The notes below the pieces were generated by a model. The model did no database searches and was not told where the DNA came from. It worked only from the letters and a program-made list of their open reading frames with translations. Below are positions 1 to 9,670 of a stretch of 64,000 nt of DNA, piece by piece (position 1 is the first letter of the stretch; each line of letters starts with the position of its first letter). Both the position numbers and the translations under genes were made by a program. The DNA is from an uncultured bacterium (GTDB lineage Bacteria; Chlamydiota; Chlamydiia; Chlamydiales; FEN-1388): contig CAYWZU010000003.1 in assembly GCA_964462925.1 (NCBI GenBank), positions 22,381 to 86,380 of the forward strand, in the 5' to 3' direction.

Positions 1-761
1 TGCAAGAGTGCAACTGGAGCCATCTTTGCAAAGAGTACATACTCGTTTTTATCAAGATGCGCGAGGTAGGCAATCATCTTAGTAGTCATTATGAATTTTG
101 GATTATTTACGATCTTAAGAATGGCATCTGTGTTGCCCTCATCAAATCCCTTCATATTAAATGCAGCTTCACAGGACATATCTTGAGAGCCGCTGAGGTT
201 ATACAAAATAAAAGAGTGAATAGATTGGGCTTTTGCTTTTTGGACGCACCTTTGCATCTCTTGCAAAATAGTGCCGCTCACAAAGGTGTCATCTAGTATT
301 AATACTTTTTTATTTTTGACCGAGGCTAGAAGTGTCATTGAACCTGCAATATTTGCTTCTCTCTCCTCTTTTGTCTTAAGGCTTGAGTAGCTATGAAGCC
401 TTGCAGATTGCTTTCTTGTTGTTTCAAGAAGGATAGGTTCGATATGCAGTGTATCTGCCACACGCTCTGCCAAAATGGAGGCAGCCGTTCGCACGCCTTC
501 CACCGTTTGCACTAAAATCACCCACTCGTGCGGCGTTTTTTTGATAGACTTTCCGTGATTTTTTTTAATTTGTGAGAGAGCAAGTTTTTCGTATGTTTCC
601 ATAGCTTCAGGCTGGCCCAACTTAAAGTAGGAAAACCTGCGAGCTTCCTCGTCTGTAAGCCTTGTTGACTCAAAAAGAAAAATTGGGGGATCGATTGGGC
701 AGGTGTAAAGGCTTGAGCTTTGCACTAGAATACCTAGTAGCAGCAAAAAAAGATTGCTCAT
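1..761 (-). CDS. Phosphoribosyltransferase-domain protein (partial; C-terminal end runs off the window)
   Basis: My own minus-strand translation from the ATG (complement of 759-761) stays open to position 1; it is absent from the ORF track because there is no stop in the window. Hydrophobic N-terminus MSNLFLLLLGILVQSS. KKVLILDDTFVSGT matches the type I PRTase PRPP-binding loop. Confidence 0.6.
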   Translation of the reverse strand, partial: MSNLFLLLLGILVQSSSLYTCPIDPPIFLFESTRLTDEEARRFSYFKLGQPEAMETYEKLALSQIKKNHGKSIKKTPHEWVILVQTVEGVRTAASILAERVADTLHIEPILLETTRKQSARLHSYSSLKTKEEREANIAGSMTLLASVKNKKVLILDDTFVSGTILQEMQRCVQKAKAQSIHSFILYNLSGSQDMSCEAAFNMKGFDEGNTDAILKIVNNPKFIMTTKMIAYLAHLDKNEYVLFAKMAPVALL

Positions 762-805
762 ACCTTACCTTATAAAACATGCTTCTATAGTTGTAAACGC
801 TCTAG

Positions 806-2863
806 TCATTTGCCCTGCATTTTGCGGCTTAAAGACTCAATCTTTTCTTGCAGAGTGGCAATATAGGCATCTTTTACATCGATGAGTTGCTGCATAGTGC
901 TTAGCTGCTTTTTGAGAAGGCTATTTTCCGTTTGATAGAAGGTATCATCCGGCTCGCTCACACTTGAAGGCATAACAATCTTACCTGATGCATCTAGTGG
1001 AAATTTGTTGTAGCCGCTTTTTGTAAAAAGCACTTCAGCAACTGCAGGATCAGACACACCGCTGAGGGCTGTATTAAAGAGCTCATATGTCAGGAGATGC
1101 TTATGCTTTTGCAAGAGCTCTTCAAGCTCTTTTGTATCTGCTTTTCTGCAGGCCTCTACTAATTTTTTGCTAAATTCAGCTTGGGTAAGAGTAGTTTTTT
1201 CAAAGCCCAAAAAGTAGGCTTTATTTCGCACTTTGGCCTCGTATGTGCCGCTTGTTTTGGCTATATCGAGCATTTCAGCCAAAAGCTTTCCTTGAATAGC
1301 ATCAGGAGCTTTCCATTTGATCCATGTAACACCATTTTTAAGCGGACCTTGAGCTCGCACAAAGTGATCAAATTGCAAAATATTGCTTTTGCTATTTTCG
1401 GTAAAAACTCCATGGCTATTTAAGAATTTTGCCATTTTTATGAGGCTCGAGAAGTTGTCGTCATATAAGCCCTCATCATTAGAAATATAAAACTCTATCC
1501 AGTCATCTGGATTTTTTACCAAATCGATAATAAGATTGAGTAGAAGCTGATTTGGAAACCCATCTTTGCCATATAAGAAGGGCACCCTCTCCATCACAAA
1601 ATTGCCAATTTCACCATAAATGCTCGGGCGATATTGACCTGTTAGGCATTCTTCAAAAATCTTGGTGTTTTTTTGTATAAGGTTTTGAAATGTAGAAAGG
1701 GATCCGATTGTTGCTAAGTCCCCATCTCGAAGAATCCATAAATCTTTGCTCCAGCGAAAGCCAAAAACTCCGCGTGCAAGTTCGATAACTTTATCAAGAG
1801 CTCCCATAACATGCTCTCCAAGTTGTGAAGCAATCCAAGAGTGATACTCATCATGAGCAAAATTGTCTGGATAGTTCATATGGAGGCCATGAAGATACAT
1901 TGTAGCTTCTGCAAGCCCAAGCTCTCTTGATTCTCCGCTAACACATACCCGAGCGCCCCGTTTTAAAAAATACTCAACATCGTCGATAGTTTGCTCTCCA
2001 AGGCGAGGAATAACAGGAAACCAGTCCCGAATCGAGTAATGCGATAAACCGATTGCGTTTCTTATGCCATGCGAAAGGAGCAATATGCCTGAATAGGACT
2101 CTCCTGAACGATTCAAAAATCGAGTATGAGAAGCGCGCATTTCGCTATCTTGAGAAGGAACGCCTTTATTTGATCCATCGCGATATTGGTTGCGAAAATT
2201 AAAAATATATTGTTCAGATAATGGAAGCTTCAGAACAAGTTTTATAAATCTCTTTTTCTCTTCATCGTTTAAATAACCATCTTCTGGAAGGAAAGTCGGT
2301 TTTTGTACGTGAAATGGCCCATATTTTAAAAATGGTTTTATTATATCTATAGCTTCACGTGAGAAATCATCTCCGCTTTCATTAAGTACTCTGATAGGCT
2401 CAAAATCGCCAAAAACCTGTACAGTTTCACAAATAAGAGAAAGAGTCGCTTTTTGCTGCCACGATATCTTGCCAGCTGCAAAAAGATTTAAGGCACTATG
2501 ATGCGAGGATGGCTTTCTAAATCGCTCTGATTGCCACGGAGCTGTATTCAACTCCCTAAGCAAGGCAGCATCTTGATAATAGCTAAGCCTTTTTTTAATT
2601 ACTTTTCCACCAAGAAGCGTGTGAAATTCGCTGGGATGAGCCCCCGCAGGGTTGCAGCGAATAAACCCGCCAGAAGAGCGAGCTCTTCTCCACCAAGCTG
2701 CAATTTTCTCGCCTGCTGCCTTTTGCTCATCGGTTACTTGGGCATTATTGAGTACCTCAATATTTTGTGCAGGTTCTCGATCTAAAGTTAGACTATGAAT
2801 TTTTTGATTAAAATCTTCCCATACTTTTATTGCATCAAAATTAGAAGTAGTAATTACTGACAT
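806..2863 (-). CDS. Large hypothetical protein (685 aa) with C-terminal coiled coil; candidate secreted effector
   Basis: Long uninterrupted ORF with AGGAGG-type SD (cctcctgagagg complement) just upstream. Only 44 nt separate it from the downstream PRTase gene on the same strand. No catalytic motif recognised. Confidence 0.6.
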   Translation of the reverse strand: MSVITTSNFDAIKVWEDFNQKIHSLTLDREPAQNIEVLNNAQVTDEQKAAGEKIAAWWRRARSSGGFIRCNPAGAHPSEFHTLLGGKVIKKRLSYYQDAALLRELNTAPWQSERFRKPSSHHSALNLFAAGKISWQQKATLSLICETVQVFGDFEPIRVLNESGDDFSREAIDIIKPFLKYGPFHVQKPTFLPEDGYLNDEEKKRFIKLVLKLPLSEQYIFNFRNQYRDGSNKGVPSQDSEMRASHTRFLNRSGESYSGILLLSHGIRNAIGLSHYSIRDWFPVIPRLGEQTIDDVEYFLKRGARVCVSGESRELGLAEATMYLHGLHMNYPDNFAHDEYHSWIASQLGEHVMGALDKVIELARGVFGFRWSKDLWILRDGDLATIGSLSTFQNLIQKNTKIFEECLTGQYRPSIYGEIGNFVMERVPFLYGKDGFPNQLLLNLIIDLVKNPDDWIEFYISNDEGLYDDNFSSLIKMAKFLNSHGVFTENSKSNILQFDHFVRAQGPLKNGVTWIKWKAPDAIQGKLLAEMLDIAKTSGTYEAKVRNKAYFLGFEKTTLTQAEFSKKLVEACRKADTKELEELLQKHKHLLTYELFNTALSGVSDPAVAEVLFTKSGYNKFPLDASGKIVMPSSVSEPDDTFYQTENSLLKKQLSTMQQLIDVKDAYIATLQEKIESLSRKMQGK

Positions 2864-2980
2864 AGAACCTCCTGAGAGGAGTAAATTATAAGTTACTAAT
2901 GATTAAAAAGATACCTCAAAAAAACTCCTGTTAATCCTTCTTTTGCATGCAAAAGAGGAAAACTTGTATACTTCTTAGCT

Positions 2981-4102
2981 ATGTTATTACCTCTTCTTTG
3001 GCGATACCTCTTTTTTCAATATGCAAAGACGCTGCTGCTCTCCCTTGCAGGCTTTCTTTTAATCTTGCTCTCTACCCGCCTGGAAGATGCGGCAAAGCTT
3101 TTAAGCCTTGGTACATCCTTTAGCTCAGTGTGCCTCTATATTCTCTACCAAATCCCCTATGTTCTGCAGATTGCTCTGCCTATCTCTACCCTTATCGGCG
3201 CCCTCTACCTCTTTCAGCGCCTCTCAGCAAATAGCGAGCTTACAGCAGCAAGGGCATCTGGCATCAGCCTCTTTGAGCTTCTAGCTCCCCTTATGATTTT
3301 TTCTATATTTATCGCTGTTTGCTCATTTGAAATTTTCTTTGATCTTAGCGCCCAAGCCCACCTTGAGGGAAAAAAGCTTGAATACTCTGTCCGCAGCACG
3401 CAGCCTCTTGCCATGCTTGCAAATTCAAGTATGCTAGAAAAGAAAGGGATAAAGCTCGACATGAGGGGATCGCTCATCTCTGATAAATACGCTGAAGATA
3501 TGATCCTTGCTATGAATACTGGGTCACTCTCGCTGATTCTTGCCAAAAAGGTAGCCTCTGATAAAGGCATTCTTCACGGCGAAGATACCACCCTTATCAC
3601 TACCCGTCCAAATGGCCTAATCATAGAAAACACCAAAGAAAATGCCACATCACTTGCAGAAGTTTCCCTCGTTGCAAATAAAAATCGGATGTGGAAAGCG
3701 CAAAATGATTTATTGAGCCTCCCCCTTCTTCTTGCCAAAAGATCAGAGCTCGAACAAAAGGCAGAAGCTAAACTTGCAAGTGAAAAAAGCCCCAAAAGCA
3801 AGCTTCGCAAAATCCGCAGAATTGACGCAGAAATCGTCCGTCGTTTCTCACTTGCACTTTCAATTGTTACCTTTACCCTCTTAGGAATCGCCTACGGCTC
3901 TACAGTAGGACGCATGAATAAAACAAAACGGCTTTTTTGGGTGGCAAGTTTAACTGGCCTCTTTTTGGTCTCATACCTTGCTGCAAAGGGCATGGACAAA
4001 AAACCAATTACCGCCATCTTGCTCTATACCATTCCACACATAGTGATAGTAGTTGCATCCTTTAGGCGTCTTCTCCTCATCCAACGAGGAGCTGAAGTAT
4101 GA
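2981..4102 (+). CDS. lptF: LPS export ABC permease LptF (YjgP/YjgQ family)
   Basis: N-terminus LLWRYLFFQYAKTLLL plus a 3+3 TM layout with a large central loop is typical of YjgP/YjgQ. The stop overlaps the start of the paralogous next gene (ATGA at 4099-4102). Confidence 0.75.
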   Translation: MLLPLLWRYLFFQYAKTLLLSLAGFLLILLSTRLEDAAKLLSLGTSFSSVCLYILYQIPYVLQIALPISTLIGALYLFQRLSANSELTAARASGISLFELLAPLMIFSIFIAVCSFEIFFDLSAQAHLEGKKLEYSVRSTQPLAMLANSSMLEKKGIKLDMRGSLISDKYAEDMILAMNTGSLSLILAKKVASDKGILHGEDTTLITTRPNGLIIENTKENATSLAEVSLVANKNRMWKAQNDLLSLPLLLAKRSELEQKAEAKLASEKSPKSKLRKIRRIDAEIVRRFSLALSIVTFTLLGIAYGSTVGRMNKTKRLFWVASLTGLFLVSYLAAKGMDKKPITAILLYTIPHIVIVVASFRRLLLIQRGAEV

Positions 4103-5169
4103 TTTGGGAAAGATATTTTTATAAAGAGTTGCTAAAAACTTTTGCTTTTTTGCTTTTTGGCTTCTTTGCGATCTACATTGCTGTAGATCTCATGACCCAC
4201 CTTAAAGACCTGCGAGAACATAAAACTGGCCTCTTTGTATGGATTACCTATTACCTCTGCATATTTTCTCGTAGGCTTGATGTACTTATACCTTTTACAG
4301 TGCTTATAGGCTCAATTCGAATCTTTACTTCTCTCCAGCAAAAAAATGAACTTGTAGCACTTCTTGTAAGCGGCATTCCTATGCAAAGGCTGCTCAGGCC
4401 TTTTGTACTTTCTGCTGGGATTATGAGCCTTCTGCTCCTTGCAAATTTTCAATTTTTCCTGCCGCTTGCACAGCCAAAGGCTCTTCAAATTCAGGAAAAT
4501 AGCTTTGGCAAGAAACTTGCCCCCGATGAAGCGGTGCCAATACGAGAAATTTTCCTTACAGATGGCACAAGGGTCTATTTTACAAGCTTTGATGAAAAGC
4601 TTGATGAATTCTACGATCTCTTTTGGGTAGTATCGCTAGACAAAGTCTATCACATGAAAAGTCTAAACTGCTCTACAACAATCCCAAAAGGCAGAGGAGT
4701 AGATAAAATCGTCAGAAACTCAGCCGGCAAAATGGTACCTGCAGGCTATTATGAGACACTTGCCTTAGAGGATATGAAGTTTGACCAAAAGGCGCTTCAC
4801 CTCAGCACGCAGCTTCCAAAAGATCAGAGCATTTCAACACTGATCTCAGAAACGCTCCTCTACAGCCATTCCACCTCAGATCGCGCAGTAGACATTAGAA
4901 GCCTTCTTATCTATAAGTGCACCTTTCCACTTATTTGTTTATTTGCGCTCTTTATGCCGGCTCCATACTGCCTCAGCTTTCGCCGCGATATGCCGCACTT
5001 CATGATCTATCTTTTATCGCTAGGGCTGCTCTTTTGCTTTTTCCTCCTTTTACAAGTCGCCTATACACTTGCAAAAAGCCAGGTGCTAAGTCCAACCATT
5101 GCCCTTGGCATCCCTTGGATTTTTGCTATGGGGATCGTTCTTTTTAGCGTACGCAAAATTACTAAATAA
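4099..5169 (+). CDS. lptG: LPS export ABC permease LptG (YjgP/YjgQ family)
   Basis: IWERYFYKELLKTFAFLLFGFF N-terminus, same architecture as the upstream paralog, translationally coupled to it. Confidence 0.75.
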   Translation: MIWERYFYKELLKTFAFLLFGFFAIYIAVDLMTHLKDLREHKTGLFVWITYYLCIFSRRLDVLIPFTVLIGSIRIFTSLQQKNELVALLVSGIPMQRLLRPFVLSAGIMSLLLLANFQFFLPLAQPKALQIQENSFGKKLAPDEAVPIREIFLTDGTRVYFTSFDEKLDEFYDLFWVVSLDKVYHMKSLNCSTTIPKGRGVDKIVRNSAGKMVPAGYYETLALEDMKFDQKALHLSTQLPKDQSISTLISETLLYSHSTSDRAVDIRSLLIYKCTFPLICLFALFMPAPYCLSFRRDMPHFMIYLLSLGLLFCFFLLLQVAYTLAKSQVLSPTIALGIPWIFAMGIVLFSVRKITK

Positions 5170-5221
5170 AGCTTACTCCTTAAAGACGTAAAGAGGGTGC
5201 CGCAATCTTTAAACTAACTTT

Positions 5222-5494
5222 TTATTGATGAATACAGCAGGCAAAGGTCCAGGCTACTGTACTTGTCAAAGCAGAAGCTGCAGCTACACTAACTAACAGT
5301 ATGCCTCGGTGTAAGCATGCAGGATCTGCTGAATAGATATCATAGAGCCCCCATGCAGCAGTGACTACCGCTGCTGCCGTAAAAATTGAGCCCACTGCTG
5401 AGTAGACTTTCCTTGAAGTTGAGCAGCGAGGAGGTGGTTGTCCCGCCTCCTGCCAAGTCATAGCCGCTGATTCATTTGTTTGCACTTTGCACAT
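5222..5494 (-). CDS. Small membrane protein with bilobed hydrophobic domain (Inc-like)
   Basis: 90 aa. Two adjacent hydrophobic segments (VYSAVGSIFTAAAVVTAAWGLY and GILLVSVAAASALTSTVAWTFACC) are separated by a short loop. Confidence 0.45.
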   Translation of the reverse strand: MCKVQTNESAAMTWQEAGQPPPRCSTSRKVYSAVGSIFTAAAVVTAAWGLYDIYSADPACLHRGILLVSVAAASALTSTVAWTFACCIHQ

Positions 5495-5523
5495 AAGTTA
5501 ATTCCTGTTAGCATCTAATTAAT

Positions 5524-7977
5524 ATGGAACGATTTGACATTAGCGCCTGGGCAAAATGTCCCCTTTCAGTAGATCAAATTACTATTGATTCACGGCGCAT
5601 TATATCAAAGCATAGTCTTTTTGTGGCACTTAGTGGCTCAAACTTTGATGGCCACGCATTTGTGCGCGCTGCATTTCGCTCTGGCGCAAAGGCTGCACTC
5701 GTCCGTAAAGAGTATGTTGGAGAAGACTTTGGACCAGATAAAGTCCTTATTCGAGTAGATGAACCGCTCCGTACGCTGCAAGAAATAGCAGGTGCCTATC
5801 GCAAAAAAATGCAGGCAAAGGTCATTGGAATTACAGGATCTTTTGGCAAAACCATGCTAAAAGATTTGCTCTTTAAAATATGCGAACATGAAACCGCCAC
5901 CTTTGCAAGTCCTGAGAGCTTTAATAGCCAGATAGGTGTAGCGCTAAGTCTTTTAAAAATTGAGACTCACCATAAACTCGCTTTTATCGAAGCCGGGGTA
6001 TCTGAAGTTGGCGAGATGGATAATCTTGCACGCATGATACAGCCCGACCATGCAATCCTTACAACACTTATCGGCACAAATCTTGGCGAAGAAAAGGTAA
6101 AGCTTATCAAAGCAGTACCCTCTGGCAACTGGTCTCTCGCTCCTCTTGAAACCCTTCCCCTCCTTGAAGGCTATTCTAACGTTATCTATTGGGATCGAGA
6201 TCTTAACGTAGTAGAACGTCCATCTAGCGCCACTTTTGACATACAATTCATATCCGGGGAAAAAGCGAGAATAGAAGTATCAGATGCACAGAGGTATGTC
6301 TTTGACCTTATGAAGATGGCAATAGGTGCTGCTGGGCTTCTCCAAATTCCAACTACATCAGTACTAAAGGGGCTTCAAAGCTACATACCAGAGCCTATGC
6401 GCATTGAGGTATTTAAATCTCAATCTGGTACAACTTTTATTAACGACACCTACAGCCAAGACCCAATGTCTTGCGATATAGCACTTCGCCAGATGGAGAT
6501 GTTAGAAGATAAGGAAGTAGGCTCTTCAGGCAAAAAAATCTTTGTTTTCGGCGGCTTAAGAGGCACCAAAGAGCCGCATGAAAATGATATGGCACGCCTC
6601 GCACATTCAATAGCCAAACATAAAATCCACTTAGTCGTCATCTCCCATCCAGAAAGTGCACCCCATCTACTTTCTCATTTAACGCTTGCTTCACCAAATA
6701 CTGAAGTAATGGTCTGTAAAGACACAAAAGCTGCCCTAGAAACTGCTAAAAAGCACTTTTCACGAAATGATGTGGTACTCTTAAAGGGATCAAGCAAAAT
6801 TCCTCTTGTAGAGCTTATCAAGCAAGTGGAAGAGAGCCCTCCTAATAACCAGGTTATCATAAATCTTGCTGTCATCCAGTCTAACATTGCAGAAATTCGG
6901 TCAAAACTACCAAAAGATACCAGAATAATGGTTATGGTAAAGGCTTTAGCCTACGGCACAGATGACATCAGAATAGCCAAATTTTTAAAAAACTGCCAGA
7001 TTGACATCTTAGGCGTCTCCTATGTCGACGAAGGCGTCCAGATGAGGCAAGCGGGCATCAAACAAAATATTTTTGTACTTAACGCTGCACCTTGTGAAGC
7101 AAGAAAAGCAGTAAACTGGGACCTTGAAGTTGGAGTATCAGAACCTGCCCTTATAAAAGCACTTGAAGAGAGCGCAAGAGAGATGCAAAAGAAGGTTCGC
7201 GTACACCTGCATGTCGATACTGGAATGAGCAGGCTTGGCTGCCGTCAAGAATCTGTGCTTGAACTTGCAAAAGAGATTACTTCAAGCCCAAATCTTATTT
7301 TCGAAGGGGTCTTCACTCACTTTGCAGCAGCAGATGACCCTACCCAAGATAGCTTTACCCAAACACAAGCAAAAAGGCTGCAGGAGGCTATAGATATCCT
7401 TGAAGAAGCAGGCTATAGCCCGCGCTGGAGGCATGCATGCAATTCAAGTGCCACGCTTCGCTTTGGGTTTACAAACTTTAATATGGTAAGACTTGGCCTT
7501 GCTGCCTATGGACTTCACTCTTCCCTTGCCTGCAAACTAGCCCATCCCCTTCGCCCTGCAATTTCTCTTCTTTCGAGAATAGTTGGAATAAATGAGCTAA
7601 AAAAGGGAGATACCATAAGCTATGGAAGAGACCATGTCATACACACAGATAATGCGCGTATTGCCGTACTTCCAATTGGCTATTATGATGGCCTGCACAG
7701 AAACTATAGCGGCAAAGGCTACGTAGCAATTTGCGGCAAAAGGGCCCCAATGGTAGGCCGCATCTGCATGGACTATATGATGGTAGATATCTCAGATATC
7801 CCTGAAGCGAAAATCGGCGACCCCGCCCTTCTCTTTGGCGAAGATGACAACGGCGACTACATCGCCCCAGAAGAGCTCGCAACGCTTGGCGGCTCCATTG
7901 TGCACGAGCTCATGACATGCCTTGGGCCGCGCATCCGCCGCTTCTTCATCTACGACGAATCCCTTCGCCCGCGCTAA
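5524..7977 (+). CDS. murF: Fusion protein: UDP-MurNAc-pentapeptide synthetase MurF (N) + alanine racemase Alr (C)
   Basis: N-half: ITIDSRRI..LFVALSG..DGHAF, P-loop GITGSFGKT, INDTYSQDP (Mur ligase C-domain). C-half: MVMVKALAYGTD (PLP-lysine motif), HLHVDTGMSRLG, PMVGRICMDYMMVD (Alr signature). One continuous 817-aa frame. Confidence 0.85.
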   Translation: MERFDISAWAKCPLSVDQITIDSRRIISKHSLFVALSGSNFDGHAFVRAAFRSGAKAALVRKEYVGEDFGPDKVLIRVDEPLRTLQEIAGAYRKKMQAKVIGITGSFGKTMLKDLLFKICEHETATFASPESFNSQIGVALSLLKIETHHKLAFIEAGVSEVGEMDNLARMIQPDHAILTTLIGTNLGEEKVKLIKAVPSGNWSLAPLETLPLLEGYSNVIYWDRDLNVVERPSSATFDIQFISGEKARIEVSDAQRYVFDLMKMAIGAAGLLQIPTTSVLKGLQSYIPEPMRIEVFKSQSGTTFINDTYSQDPMSCDIALRQMEMLEDKEVGSSGKKIFVFGGLRGTKEPHENDMARLAHSIAKHKIHLVVISHPESAPHLLSHLTLASPNTEVMVCKDTKAALETAKKHFSRNDVVLLKGSSKIPLVELIKQVEESPPNNQVIINLAVIQSNIAEIRSKLPKDTRIMVMVKALAYGTDDIRIAKFLKNCQIDILGVSYVDEGVQMRQAGIKQNIFVLNAAPCEARKAVNWDLEVGVSEPALIKALEESAREMQKKVRVHLHVDTGMSRLGCRQESVLELAKEITSSPNLIFEGVFTHFAAADDPTQDSFTQTQAKRLQEAIDILEEAGYSPRWRHACNSSATLRFGFTNFNMVRLGLAAYGLHSSLACKLAHPLRPAISLLSRIVGINELKKGDTISYGRDHVIHTDNARIAVLPIGYYDGLHRNYSGKGYVAICGKRAPMVGRICMDYMMVDISDIPEAKIGDPALLFGEDDNGDYIAPEELATLGGSIVHELMTCLGPRIRRFFIYDESLRPR

Positions 7978-7993
7978 AACCTCCAACTTTACT

Positions 7994-9022
7994 TCACAAT
8001 CCTTCAAATTCTTTAATGTGAAATTCAATAAATGAGCTGATCTCTCTTTTTTGATCTAAAGCTGTAGGTGGTAAATTTTTTGCAATTTTGGATTCGGTTA
8101 ACGCTTTTATGGTATTAGACCCAAAGTTTGCCATAGCCATGCCAAAGTTTGTTTTTCCTGGAATCTTTACCTTGCTCATTTCATCAGAAAGAAGCATTTT
8201 GCTCATATCTGCAACCGTATGAACAAGTTTTCGGTATGCGCCCCCTTCCCGAAAAATAGTGCAGCAGGCTTTTGCGGTTTGATCGTTTGCCTGAGCTGCA
8301 TATTTTTCTCTATACAAGCCTGCGAGGTCATAGCGCAGCTTATCGAGCTCTACTTTCATTTTAGGATCTTTTGTGGCAGCTATCATATCTGATAGACGAT
8401 TGTAATACTCATCCATCTCGCGAAGATTTAGCTCGCGAGCCTGCCCTGTGGTAAGCACCTTCTTATCATCGCCTTTAAAAACCTCCCTCAAAACTGATTT
8501 TTGCTCCTTGTAGCCGGGCATAATTTCTTCTCGGACGTGTACAAGATGCGAAAGGGTTTGTATACAGCTTTTACGGAGGTCTGTGGGAACCTCTGGGCTA
8601 TTTAGAAACTCCTTTATCTCTGCAATTTTTTTCGAGATATTTGCATGAAGCTCTCCAAAGCCGTTCATACAGTCTACAGCAGGACCAGGTTTTCGAGTCA
8701 CGGAGATCATATTTTCTGCGAGAATTGCTTCAACTTCGCTATCTGAGAGCCCATGTCCTTGTACAGGCGTAGACTCAAGAGTTACTGCAGCTCCTTTGCT
8801 TCCTGCAGCAGTTTTAGGGACTGCTGCTAGCTGCTTTGCAGCATCTGCTGTTGCTTTTGCATGGGGAAGCTCTTGTTTTATCGCTGGCGGCTTCACCTGA
8901 GGTGCATGCAGATCTCTAGGAAGCTCAACACCCATCATTTGCAGATAGGCTCTAGCTTCTTGAGAGATATTTTGTACATTGTGATACTCGCCGGGAGTGA
9001 TGCCGGAATGTAAACTTTCCAT
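7994..9022 (-). CDS. Hypothetical protein, candidate T3S substrate of the upstream chaperone
   Basis: I prefer the MESLHSG start (complement of 9020-9022). AGGAG lies 5 nt upstream inside the chaperone's last codons, and only 2 nt separate it from the chaperone stop. No TM segment and no recognised domain. Confidence 0.6.
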   Translation of the reverse strand: MESLHSGITPGEYHNVQNISQEARAYLQMMGVELPRDLHAPQVKPPAIKQELPHAKATADAAKQLAAVPKTAAGSKGAAVTLESTPVQGHGLSDSEVEAILAENMISVTRKPGPAVDCMNGFGELHANISKKIAEIKEFLNSPEVPTDLRKSCIQTLSHLVHVREEIMPGYKEQKSVLREVFKGDDKKVLTTGQARELNLREMDEYYNRLSDMIAATKDPKMKVELDKLRYDLAGLYREKYAAQANDQTAKACCTIFREGGAYRKLVHTVADMSKMLLSDEMSKVKIPGKTNFGMAMANFGSNTIKALTESKIAKNLPPTALDQKREISSFIEFHIKEFEGL

Positions 9023-9024
9023 AG

Positions 9025-9633
9025 TTACTCCTTCCCTAAGCCTTTGTGGCATTCATTGAGAGCTTGCTGGAGACTTATGTCGTTTGGGTTTACTTCTAGA
9101 AGAATTTGGAAGGCATCGAATGCCTCTTTATAATGCTTTTGCTGAAGCTCTGCACATGCAAGGCCTTGCCAAAAATGGTATTGTTTAGAATTTAGGCTTG
9201 TTAGAAAGTGAAAGGCGCTACTAGCATCAGCAAAGAGCTGCTTTTCATACAGCCGCTTTGCCCCTTGATACAGAGCTTCCATAACAGCATCATTAATGCC
9301 TGCAATATCCTGGATGGTTTTGCCGTTTGAGAGCTCTTCCTGAAATTTTTTCTCATCCTGTAAAATTGCATCGTAGAGCCCTGAAATCTGGCTGATCCCT
9401 TCGAGAACCTCTGGCGTAAGCAGCTCTTGTACTTCTGCAAGAGAGTGCATAATCGCGACAGCACCAGCGGCTTGCTGCTTTCGATAGTGCCTAAATTCAT
9501 CTATAAGTTCTTTTTCATAGCGTTTTTGGAGCACGTCTACTGAAAGGAGCTGATTTGGCTGAAAAGAGTGCTTTTTAGCTTGTTCTTTTGCAAACTCATT
9601 AAACTCAGAGTCGAGTGCATCTTCCTCTGGCAT
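9025..9633 (-). CDS. TPR-type class II type III secretion chaperone (SycD/LcrH/Scc family)
   Basis: 202 aa. C-terminal half has three TPR-like repeats (ALYQGAKRLYEKQLFADASSAFHFLTSLNSKQYHFWQGLACAELQQKHYKEAFDAFQILLEVNPND), as in LcrH/SycD. Confidence 0.7.
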   Translation of the reverse strand: MPEEDALDSEFNEFAKEQAKKHSFQPNQLLSVDVLQKRYEKELIDEFRHYRKQQAAGAVAIMHSLAEVQELLTPEVLEGISQISGLYDAILQDEKKFQEELSNGKTIQDIAGINDAVMEALYQGAKRLYEKQLFADASSAFHFLTSLNSKQYHFWQGLACAELQQKHYKEAFDAFQILLEVNPNDISLQQALNECHKGLGKE

Positions 9634-9670
9634 AGTAGGCCTCCATCTGTCCTACCACAATTTTAACAAA

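Noticed and set aside
57-296. 79-aa + strand ORF at the left edge
   Set aside because: It lies antisense to a much longer minus-strand frame (1-761) with a clear PRTase motif. It is a shadow ORF.
2680-2720. IQ-like calmodulin-binding motif (KIAAWWRRARSSG) in the 685-aa protein
   Set aside because: It lacks the defining Gln and the RG spacing of the IQ consensus, so the evidence is too weak to call.
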